Below are positions 10,219-18,375 of a stretch of 64,000 nt of DNA, piece after piece. Source of the DNA: Synechococcus sp. (GTDB lineage: Bacteria; Cyanobacteriota; Cyanobacteriia; PCC-6307; Cyanobiaceae); contig JBJBCN010000002.1 in the NCBI GenBank assembly GCA_047285805.1, forward strand, positions 768,001-832,000. Direction: 5' to 3'. Numbering within the stretch: the first letter of the stretch is position 1; each line of letters opens with the position of its first letter. The notes beneath the pieces are model-generated. The model saw nothing but the letters and a program-made list of their open reading frames with translations, was not told the origin of the DNA and searched no databases. Made by a program: the position numbers and the translations under genes.

Positions 10219-10887
10219 TCAGGCCACAGCCTGGGCACGAATCTGAGTGATCAGCTTGGGGCCGATACCGCGAATCCCACGCAGTTCGACATCTGAAGCC
10301 GCTTGAACCATGGCCGGTGTACGAAGGCCCGCATTCCACAGAAGGGAGGCCTTTTTCAGGCCAATTCCCCGCAGTTTGGTCAGCTCAGCAATAAAGACGT
10401 CATCTGGAAACTGCTCACCCATCAGGCTGGGGGCGACCGCGCGAAAGCTGTCATGATCTACCAGGGCATAGATCTGCATGAGTTTCTGATCCACGTGCAG
10501 GAACTTGCTCTCAAAGATCTCGCGGAAGCGAATCAGAAACTTGAGCTTGCACTCACGCTGGACGCATGACTCTGCGGTCCAGGAGTCAATCTGATCTGGG
10601 CTGAGTTCAGTCAACGCCACAAAGCCATCCGATCGATAGGGAATCCAATCGCCGCATCCCTTGGCACCGCGCTGAATCGGTTGGAGCTCGGGCGAATGCT
10701 GTATTCGGACCTCACCGTCTAGTTTGAGATAGGTCAGGGGCGTCTGAAAATTGAGCAGGGCGCGATAACGCCAATAGGCGATGGTCTGAAAAGAAGCGAC
10801 CGTTGCGTCATTGGTAGGCAAAGGTTGGGCTTCGCGCCCCAGCCGGGGCGACGACGACAGAAGGGATCGGATCTGCTGCCAAACCAT
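10219..10887 (-). CDS. Helix-hairpin-helix domain protein
   Basis: C-terminal tandem HhH motifs LTKLRGIGLKKA and LRGIRGIGPKLI. Confidence 0.8.
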   Translation of the reverse strand: MVWQQIRSLLSSSPRLGREAQPLPTNDATVASFQTIAYWRYRALLNFQTPLTYLKLDGEVRIQHSPELQPIQRGAKGCGDWIPYRSDGFVALTELSPDQIDSWTAESCVQRECKLKFLIRFREIFESKFLHVDQKLMQIYALVDHDSFRAVAPSLMGEQFPDDVFIAELTKLRGIGLKKASLLWNAGLRTPAMVQAASDVELRGIRGIGPKLITQIRAQAVA

Positions 10888-11229
10888 TGCAGGAAACTAG
10901 GAAGACTCTTGCTCCCGCGCTGTAGCGCAGGACAACAAGCGAACGAAAAACCGGTCTCTTCAGCCAAGAAAAACCGCTGGTGCTCGACGCCCAGGACTTC
11001 TCAAGACCCGCCCATTTTTGGGTGTGCCCGGTCCTCCGCATAAGCAAAAGGTGGAGAACAGCCTGAATCGATTCGGTGTGGCGATCCCAGACCTATGGAA
11101 TGGAAAGAGTGGCGCTGATGACTATTGTTCGAAGGTGAGGGGGAGACCCGCTCTTGCGTGGTTGCTTGAACGGGTGGGTGGGGTCACGCTCACTGCCTCT
11201 CTCACACCTCATTACTGCGAAGTCAGCCG

Positions 11230-11646
11230 TCAGCCGCCATCAACTTGGCAGCCCACCAAGACACCAGCCGCGGTTCCCAAAGGAACACCGATCCAGCGGC
11301 CATTGCCACGGGAGAGGGCCGCTCCAGCACCAGCACCCAAAAGGCCACCAATGACGGAGCCTTCAATGCAGCTGGTGTCGTCCACCTTTTTGGAGGACGT
11401 CGGTTCTTGGCTGGTGCCCTCGACTGCGGTCGGGGAGTCGCAAGGGATCTCCACCTTCTCGCTCCACTTCTTGACGTAACCTGGGGAATGCTTGGTTCCA
11501 GGGACGTACTCCTCCCGATATTCATCCTTGAAACACCGGCTGGTCTTGGAATAGCCAGGCTGCGAGAACTGCTGAGCCATGGCAGGGAAAACCTGGGCCG
11601 AGCTCAACGACAGAGTGAGCCCAACGACAACGGACAAGCGGTTCAT
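11230..11646 (-). CDS. Secreted glycine-zipper 2TM domain protein
   Basis: Signal peptide; C-terminal GSVIGGLLGAGAGAALSRGNGRWIGVPLGTAAGVLVGCQVDGG. Confidence 0.85.
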   Translation of the reverse strand: MNRLSVVVGLTLSLSSAQVFPAMAQQFSQPGYSKTSRCFKDEYREEYVPGTKHSPGYVKKWSEKVEIPCDSPTAVEGTSQEPTSSKKVDDTSCIEGSVIGGLLGAGAGAALSRGNGRWIGVPLGTAAGVLVGCQVDGG

Positions 11647-11910
11647 GAGGCCTTAGGGCTGCAGCAACCGAATGATCCCGCGTGAACACGGGATGAATAG
11701 GGCATGATCCGGTTGGAGTTGCGACAGAGCATGACCCGATCAAAGGTCAACCAATCTGTGGCATGAAGCGACACCACTAAGAGTAGTTCCAGCCTTAGAC
11801 GTTCACTGGGCGACCCTCAATGGACCCAGCCTTGCTCACCTGCCTGGACCAGTTGGAACAGGAAAGGCACAAGCGTCTGCTGTTGCAACCCAGCAGCGGT
11901 AGCAGGACAC

Positions 11911-11969
11911 AAAAAGAGGCGGGTTCCACCCCGCCTCAGGTTCTCCCTTGAAACCCGTTCGAAGGTCTC
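11911..11969 (-). ncRNA. Candidate sRNA A (hairpin-AGGGAGA-terminator)
   Basis: GAGACC/GGTTTC hairpin, AAGGGAGAACCT linker, GAGGCGGG/CCCGCCTC stem plus T5; no gene ends just upstream. Confidence 0.5.
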
Positions 11970-12563
11970 GGATTGATAGTGGGGTCAGGCCTTAAGCGGT
12001 GACGTGCCTTTGGTCACCCATTGAGCTTTTTGTGTGGGACTGAGGATTCGGCCTGAGGTTCTCAAAGCAGCCAGCCGTAAGCATCCGACCAGGGACCAGC
12101 CAAGAAAAAACCTCCGTGGGATGACTAGCCACAGAGGTATGCGCTCACAGCGACTGCATCAGCGCAGTACTTGTTTAAGAGATTCGAATCCAGTGTTGGG
12201 TGGGTGGAAACCGACCGCACCCGTATGTTTGAAGGGAGTTTCGAGTCGCCGCAGTGGAAGTGGTGGATGTATCAGCTCCGTAGGGACCGATTGCACTCGC
12301 TGATACAGCCCCCATAGAGACGCGCCTTAAGCCAAAAACCTCCGACTTCAAAACGAAGGCGTCGGAGGGGTAGTGGGCCGGCTCAGGGAAAAATCGGGGA
12401 GGGAGTTGGCTCCCCGGCAGATCGCTGGGACTCGCCAATCAGCGTTCCTCGGATCATTTATGGCAAAGCCAAATGGGGTAAAGCGAGTGCTTGTAAAGAG
12501 GCTCAACTGCGACTGCTCATCCGCATACTGGCATTTTGTGTCGAGATGAGCCATAACGAGTGA

Positions 12564-12616
12564 GTGCCGTGCAGTGCACAGGGAGAGAAAGGAGCCGGTT
12601 GGTGACCGGCTTTTTT
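12564..12616 (+). ncRNA. Candidate sRNA B (hairpin-AGGGAGA-terminator)
   Basis: GTGC/GCAC hairpin, AGGGAGAGAAAGG linker, AGCCGGT/ACCGGCT stem plus T tract. Confidence 0.45.
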
Positions 12617-12632
12617 CTTGCACGCCAAACAG

Positions 12633-12662
12633 CTCCCCCACCCACTGCTCAGTAGTGGGGAG
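12633..12662. terminator. Stem-loop downstream of small lipoprotein ORF
   Basis: CTCCCCAC...GTGGGGAG inverted repeat. Confidence 0.45.
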
Positions 12663-12670
12663 TGCCTGGA

Positions 12671-12847
12671 CTATTTCGACGCTTCCGCTTCCTTGTCAGC
12701 ATCAATGGCTGACTGCCTGTTGCACTCGATCCGCTCAGCTTCTGAGGTTGCTTTCTCGAGGCAGGCTTTTCGCTCTGGCGTCAGTCCATTGCTGCTACAG
12801 GCTGCAATAAGCCCCGTAAGAAGCAGAAGGGACAGAAGAGCTTTGAC
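12671..12847 (-). pseudogene. Small lipoprotein ORF lacking a canonical start codon
   Basis: (GTC)VKALLSLLLLTGLIAAC-SSNGLTPERKACLEKATSEAERIECNRQ...; lipobox IAAC; no in-frame ATG/GTG/TTG before upstream TAG. Confidence 0.65.
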
Positions 12848-12983
12848 GAGCTGCCAAACCAGAATCTTGAATCCTCGCAGGGAATCATAAATGCTCTAAC
12901 ACGACTATGAAATGCAAAAATCAATAAGCCATCAACCTTACAAAAGCATTTTCGCGAAACTGGCTTTGAATATTAAAAATAAA

Positions 12984-13074
12984 TAGATCCGCTCACAAAC
13001 CTATTGGAGCCTGAGAAGATTAAACGGGCTGACGGGTCTGCTCATCCCAAGCTCGTCATATGACGGGCTTTTTT
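12984..13074 (+). ncRNA. Candidate structured RNA with pseudoknot and terminator
   Basis: GGGcTGA/TCAtCCC stem whose loop CGGGTCTG can pair with 5' TAGATCCG; AAGCTCGTCA/TGACGGGCTT stem plus T tract; AT-rich upstream. Confidence 0.45.
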
Positions 13075-13183
13075 GCTGCAAGATTCCAACATAGACATGT
13101 TCAGATAATCATCAAAGCTGTCTCCAGGCTAAGTTATTGTGAGAATATTCTATTAACTCCAGAGTGTAAGGCCCAATTAAATC

Positions 13184-13360
13184 TTACTTGTCTTGATCCC
13201 TGTTATCAACAAGTTCAATAAGATGAGCATCTTTTTGGTTCAAGAACTCGCTAACGCATGTCCTGAGAAGCTGGCCAAGCGATATTGACTCCATATAACA
13301 ATAAAGCTTTAACTTCTTATGCAAGTCATCGCTAACTTCGAAAGTCACGCGTTTGGCCAT
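13184..13360 (-). CDS. Ribbon-helix-helix (CopG-like) small protein
   Basis: MAKRVTFEVSDDLHKKLKLYCYMESISLGQLLRTCVSEF: beta strand then two helices. Confidence 0.7.
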   Translation of the reverse strand: MAKRVTFEVSDDLHKKLKLYCYMESISLGQLLRTCVSEFLNQKDAHLIELVDNRDQDK

Positions 13361-13675
13361 TACCACTCGCAGGCTTGACAAGACGCATCAGAAATTAACA
13401 TGGATTTACCGAAAACGATTACCGGTCCCGCCTGTTTGAGTATTTATGCTTAGCGCTGCGCGCTGGAGTTCCGTCAAGCGGCCTTGAGAGAATATTTCCA
13501 CGGCGCAGCATTGCAGCTTTGAGTCCTTTCACAATGCTGCAAAGCTGCGCCATGGAGATTAATTACTACAGAATTGGGAGCCAACAGCATCCTCTTCTAA
13601 TAAATAATATTCTGTTTAGCTTGGAGCCAAACGAGAAGCCGACCATATACAAACAAAGGAAGGCAAGTCTTAACT

Positions 13676-14089
13676 ATAAGCCGTCAACAGTTAATCACAT
13701 TTATTGAAAGAGCTCGAATTGACCAGTGATTTCGAACCTCGCTTAAAGAACTTGATCCACAGGAGATCATCAACTATGCAGAGTCGCAGGGATTCAGCTT
13801 CTCGCCAGAGATCAGGGACCGTTTCATAAATAGGTGGGCTGAGGTCTACTTCTCTCCTTTTGCAATTGAGGTGGGAGAAATCTACCCAAGACTTGTGCCT
13901 CCTGGGTTTGACAACTTTATCCATTATGCCCAGTCAACATGCGGAACTAAGGACATGAAGCATGAAGAGCATGAATTTAGATTGGGGAGAAATATCCAGA
14001 AGGCACGTACTAGTTCAGATAAGTTGCCACCGATTTACTTACCAAGACGAAAACTCCCCGGCCCACTACTCAGCAGCGCGGAGTGTTGA
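13676..14089 (+). pseudogene. Nif11-like leader domain pseudogene
   Basis: (ATA)ISRQQLITFIERARIDQ*FRTSLKELDPQEIINYAESQGFSFSPE...; start lost, TGA at 13727-13729; in frame with ORF 13871-14089. Confidence 0.7.
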
Positions 14090-14254
14090 GGAGGAGCAGA
14101 AGCAGAATGACCTCCTCTCTCCCTTTATCACCGGCTGTCGGGTCACGAAGTTCTGTCGGTCCGTTTCCTCAACTGCTCTGGCTCAGGTCGGTGCAGGAGT
14201 GCACGGGAGATTCATGCTGGCCCACGCAGGCGTCAGGCAGTTCAACGGACGGAC

Positions 14255-14311
14255 AAAAAAGGGGTGTTGGCGCTCCCTCCTTATCTCCCTCGATCTAGAC
14301 CCGAAAGTCTT
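14255..14311 (-). ncRNA. Candidate sRNA C (hairpin-AGGGAGA-degenerate terminator)
   Basis: AGACT-TTCG-GGTCT hairpin, AGGGAGATAAGG linker, imperfect GGAGCG/CACCCC stem plus T6. Confidence 0.35.
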
Positions 14312-14354
14312 GAGCAAATGATGCGGCAGCAGCTGTAGCGGTGACGTGATGTTT

Positions 14355-14368
14355 GTAACAGATTATAC
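14355..14368. promoter_or_regulatory. Putative NtcA box
   Basis: (T)GTA-ACAGATTA-TAC matches GTA-N8-TAC in non-coding DNA. Confidence 0.45.
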
Positions 14369-15044
14369 GTTTTATGGAGCTGAGTCCCGCGGCCAAGGAC
14401 AGCTGATCTACGGATCACCCTGCAGATGTTGGTGGCGCTTGCTGCAGAAGGGGTGTGAAGCTCAAACGTGCCTGTTCACCTCTTCTTAAGACTCCAACTC
14501 TGCAGAAGGGGTAATTAATGCGTTGCTTAAACTATTGGCGCCAAGCCTGAGAGGCCTTGAACCGGGTTCTCACCTTGGCATAAGTGAGGAGAAAAACTTA
14601 AAAGCATCTTATCTCTTGATACCAAAATGAAATAATACAGAAAGGGCTACTCAGCAAACTTTGAATCATGAGTAAAACTGGTCAGGCTTTGAATAGCAGG
14701 GCCCATCATTAACGTTATTTTAGCAGAAAACATAAGTAGAGAGACAACCGCAAAGCCCTTAACAAGCAAATCTCTAGAAGAAAGCTTTTTCATGCAAACA
14801 GCTCTAGGCCTAAAAGATTATACAACAATCTTCGCGCGAGTCATGTCAGCACTTAGCTTGAACAATGACAGGCCATTCGGGGCAATCCAAGGAAGAACCT
14901 GAAGCGTATTTGCATTTAATCGGTTTCTTGCTTCCGGCAAAGCAGGATTTCTCATTCTCGCCAGCCAGCTCAAGGAAAACCAGCAGGCCATATTTCAACC
15001 CTGAGCTGCTCCGAAACCATTCCCTGTACTTAAGGCTCAACCCT

Positions 15045-15614
15045 TCAGAAAGGGCGATCCATGCATTGCTGAAACTCATGGTGCCAAACCAGCCAGGTCT
15101 TTGAACCGGGTGTTTGCTTTGCCATAAGTGCCGTTTGTTGGCGGATCAGCTCTTCTGACTAGTTCAAATCGAGACTTGTCGTGGCATGGGGTGGAATATA
15201 CCAATCCGTTTTCACAAATAGTTCGATCGTATTGTCTTCGGGGTCTGGGATGTAAAGGGACCAACTACCACCATGGTTCATCGAGCACATGCCAGATATG
15301 TCGAGTTCATTCAGCACTTGAAACGCATCTATGAGACCACGGAGTGTCTGTATTTCAAATGAGATCTGGTTGACCGTCGAGACGCTCCCCTGCGCCCGAC
15401 CTGGAGCCAGGACGATTTGATGATGTTCCAGCAAGGAACGGGAGAGAAATACCATTTCCTGATCGCCATCCCCCAATCGGTCCGTCACGTAAAAGCCAAG
15501 AACATCGCAATAAAAGCGCTCCATCTCTGGCAGGCTTTTCACATACAGCCCAAGATGAGAAAAGCTCGGCTGGAGAGGCAGCAAGGCTGAATCCACGTCG
15601 GGAACTTTCAGCAA
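15045..15614 (-). pseudogene. VOC/glyoxalase-family protein with internal TAG
   Basis: FSHLGLYV, EHHQIVL, HGGSWSLYIPDPEDNTIELF; TAG at 15159-15161, then 37 more in-frame codons. Confidence 0.8.
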
Positions 15615-15754
15615 CGTTGCTCACAGCTTGGCACGATCTTCACGTTGTCACCGGCCACCTAGGCGCGTATCGGCAGCATGAGGCGAGGGGATCCTTAAGC
15701 CCCACCAATCCCATTGCCTTGGCAGCTACCAACAGAGTGAGCTTGCTGAATTGG

Positions 15755-15970
15755 ATGGAGAAAGACCTACCTCCAGTTTTCGAGACAGAGACTGGTTTTA
15801 CGGTTGAGATCGCTGGCGACGACTGGTTTCGCGTTTGCGATCCGGAACGAGTCTGCGTCGAAGTAAATGGGCTGCGCCGCGCCTATCAGGCGATCCAAGA
15901 GCGTGAATTGCAGTTGTTGCTGCTTCGAACCGGAGAGTGTGATGACAGGACTTCAGGATTGGGGCAATGA
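15755..15970 (+). CDS. Hypothetical protein
   Basis: 71 aa MEKDLPPVFETETGFTVEIAGDDWFRVCD...; ATGA overlap with next ORF. Confidence 0.55.
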   Translation: MEKDLPPVFETETGFTVEIAGDDWFRVCDPERVCVEVNGLRRAYQAIQERELQLLLLRTGECDDRTSGLGQ

Positions 15971-16143
15971 CGGCGACTGGCAGGGCGATCCGGTTCATCG
16001 TGTTGATCGTGTTCATCGGGCTGTTTGTCGCAGTGACTCGAATTGAACCGCGCTCTACTCGATTGGCTCCATCTGCAAGCGGGGGACTCCCGGCGTCCGG
16101 GATGGGTAGCCCAAGACCTGGTATGAGAAGCCTTGGCTTTTGA
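15967..16143 (+). CDS. Small single-TM hypothetical protein, not in ORF track
   Basis: MTATGRAIRFIVLIVFIGLFVAVTRIE...; ATGA-coupled to previous ORF. Confidence 0.45.
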   Translation: MTATGRAIRFIVLIVFIGLFVAVTRIEPRSTRLAPSASGGLPASGMGSPRPGMRSLGF

Positions 16144-16572
16144 GGGTCTTAAAGAAAGGAACACCGGGGGGGGGAGTGGCACTCGCCCTCAGTTCACTGC
16201 CCCAAATTTCCGCACTCCTATTTCGTACCCCCAAGGGCTCCAGAAGCCCCCACGGCCCACTTCTGCGTGAACCTCTACGGGTAAAACCAACGGCCCGTTT
16301 AAGAGCTTCTACAGCCCATTGAGATGGCGCTCAGTTGTAAGTCAATCGGATTCAGCAGAACCCAAGAACGACTGCGCTGCATGGGGTGAACCGCTGTGCC
16401 GTTCCGCCCCAGATTCCGACCTGGATAAACCAGAAGGGGAGTCAAAGCGGAGATTCGTTTCCGGCTACGAGGCCGGTCTACGGCACTGTCGCGACAGACG
16501 CCCCAAGTCGAAAAGGGAGTCAGATCAGAAAACTGTAAAAGGCAGTGACCAACACAGCAGTCCGCCGAAATC

Positions 16573-17820
16573 CTAGGACCAATAGGCCGCCGCCGTCTCC
16601 ACTGGCAGAGGCCAAATCGAACGAACCTCTTGCAGGCGCCCCATCGCCTCTTGCCGGCGCTCCTGCGCGTCGGTGGAACGCAGCAGGACGGTCAAATGCC
16701 CCAATTTCCGGCCCAGGGAGGCCCCCCGTTTGCCATACCAATGGAGATGGGCATCTGCCAGGGCCGCCAAAGCCTGACGCTGCTCCCCGTAGTCCGCTTC
16801 GGGATCATCCGCGGAGCGGTGCTCAAAACCCAACAGATTCACCATCAGAGCGCCGGGAACCACCAAGGAGGGCTCAACCGCAGCCTGACCACTCACGCAA
16901 AGGAGTTGCAGGTCGAACTGACTGCAGCTGCTGGCCTCAATCGAGTAGTGACCGGAATTGTGTGTCCGCGGGGCGAGCTCGTTGATCAGCAGACCCCGGC
17001 GCCCATAGAAGAACTCCAGGGACAACACACCGACGTAGTCCAGGGATGTCAAAAGGGATGCCGCTATGTTGCGTGCGGCCTGCTGCAGAGCATGACTGGC
17101 TTCCACCGGGGCCAGCACCCAATCACACACCTGCGCGTGTTGGTGGGTTTGAACCAACGGTAGGCAGACCACCTCGCCGAAGCGATCGCGAGCCGCCACC
17201 AACGCCAGCTCCTTTTCGAACTCGACGAACTCCTCCACGATCCAATTGGCCGGATCAACCCGTGCGATCAGCTCCACGAGGTCCTCTGGGCCACGCAACA
17301 CGACGGTGCCCTTGCCGTCGTAACCGCCCGTGGCCGCCTTGGCCATCAGGGGAAACTGGAACCCCTCGGGAATGTCGGGTAGGCCCGAGCTCGGCGGCGT
17401 GGCCTTGGAAGGCGTCGGAGAGGCTGCCGTCAGGGGAAACCAGCGGGGCGACAACAGATTCAACCGCTGCAGCAACTCCCTCTGGTTGCGCTTGCAGACC
17501 AGAGGTTGCAGGGCCATCAGGCTGGGGACGAACTGGACCCCTTCGGCCGCCAAGGGCGCCAAGCCCTCCAGATCAATCCACTCGTTCTCAAAGCTGATGG
17601 CGGAGCAGCGTGTCGCCAGCTCAGCCGTGCCCGCCACGTCGCGGACGGAGGCCTCCACCACTCCAGCAGCCAAGCCAACGGCCGGATCCTCACGGGACGG
17701 GGTCTGCACCTGCAGCGCGATCTGCCGGCGTTGGGCAGCTTCGGCAAGCATCCAGGCCAACTGACCGCCGCCGACGATGCCGATCGCAGGGCCCATGCGC
17801 TTTGAGCTCCAATCGTTCAA
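16573..17820 (-). CDS. purK: N5-carboxyaminoimidazole ribonucleotide synthase
   Basis: IGIVGGGQLAWML, GGYDGKG, NELAPRTHNSGH, GRKLGHLT. Confidence 0.97.
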   Translation of the reverse strand: MNDWSSKRMGPAIGIVGGGQLAWMLAEAAQRRQIALQVQTPSREDPAVGLAAGVVEASVRDVAGTAELATRCSAISFENEWIDLEGLAPLAAEGVQFVPSLMALQPLVCKRNQRELLQRLNLLSPRWFPLTAASPTPSKATPPSSGLPDIPEGFQFPLMAKAATGGYDGKGTVVLRGPEDLVELIARVDPANWIVEEFVEFEKELALVAARDRFGEVVCLPLVQTHQHAQVCDWVLAPVEASHALQQAARNIAASLLTSLDYVGVLSLEFFYGRRGLLINELAPRTHNSGHYSIEASSCSQFDLQLLCVSGQAAVEPSLVVPGALMVNLLGFEHRSADDPEADYGEQRQALAALADAHLHWYGKRGASLGRKLGHLTVLLRSTDAQERRQEAMGRLQEVRSIWPLPVETAAAYWS

Positions 17821-17865
17821 TGTCGCATGCAGGGCCTAGCTGGGTCGAGGCTCCAGACAGGACGT

Positions 17866-18124
17866 TGCGAGACCACGCCCACCATGCCAATGCGGCCGGC
17901 AGCACCTGGTACAGCAGTGGGCCCGACCTCGAGTGCTCCGCATTGAACATCCAGGCCAAGACGAGACAAGCGGACCTTCCAAAGAGAGCAACCGACAGGC
18001 TGTAGGAGTACGAGAAGGCACCGCAACGGGCTCCCCCGGGGAAGAACGAGGCGTGCAGGTATGGGGTAATGCCGAAATAGATGAAGGTCGGCAACAGCAA
18101 CAAGCCTGCCCCAAAACAAATCCA
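17866..18124 (-). pseudogene. C-terminal remnant of an MFS transporter (ProP/MHS-like)
   Basis: FFPGGARCGAFSYSYSLSVALFGRSACLVLAWM resembles the FP..R......SY.L..ALFGG.AP TM10-TM11 motif; no own start. Confidence 0.5.
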
Positions 18125-18139
18125 GCGATGGAGCCGGAG

Positions 18140-18315
18140 CCGAGCAAGAGGAAACCGGACACCAGCGACACCATCGGAGCAAAAGGCATCCGGCAGGTGG
18201 CGCAACGGCACAACCTTCACCAAGGTCTCTCAAGCATGGTTGTCCCAGGTCACGGCGACCTGCCGTACACCTGCCGCGCTCAGACGTTCCAGAACCGAGT
18301 ACACCGCAGCAACCA
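18140..18315 (-). ncRNA. ssrS: 6S RNA
   Basis: Long bulged hairpin (GGCAGGTG/CACCTGCC, ACGGCA/TGCCGT, CAACC/GGTTG) upstream of purK, the known picocyanobacterial 6S locus; ends approximate. Confidence 0.8.
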
Positions 18316-18375
18316 TGACCAGCTCCGCACGCCCTCCAAGGATGCGTTCGATTGCTGTATTCGTCTGTGCGGGCC

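Noticed and set aside
11699..11740. Imperfect direct repeat AG(G/A)GCATGA(T/C)CCG(G/A)T upstream of the glycine-zipper gene
   Set aside because: Two copies with three mismatches; no factor assignable
14443..14512. 13-bp direct repeat CTGCAGAAGGGGT, two copies
   Set aside because: Only two copies with no associated element; cannot support an att site or array
16166..16174. G9 homopolymer as a phase-variation tract
   Set aside because: No recognisable gene in any frame around it
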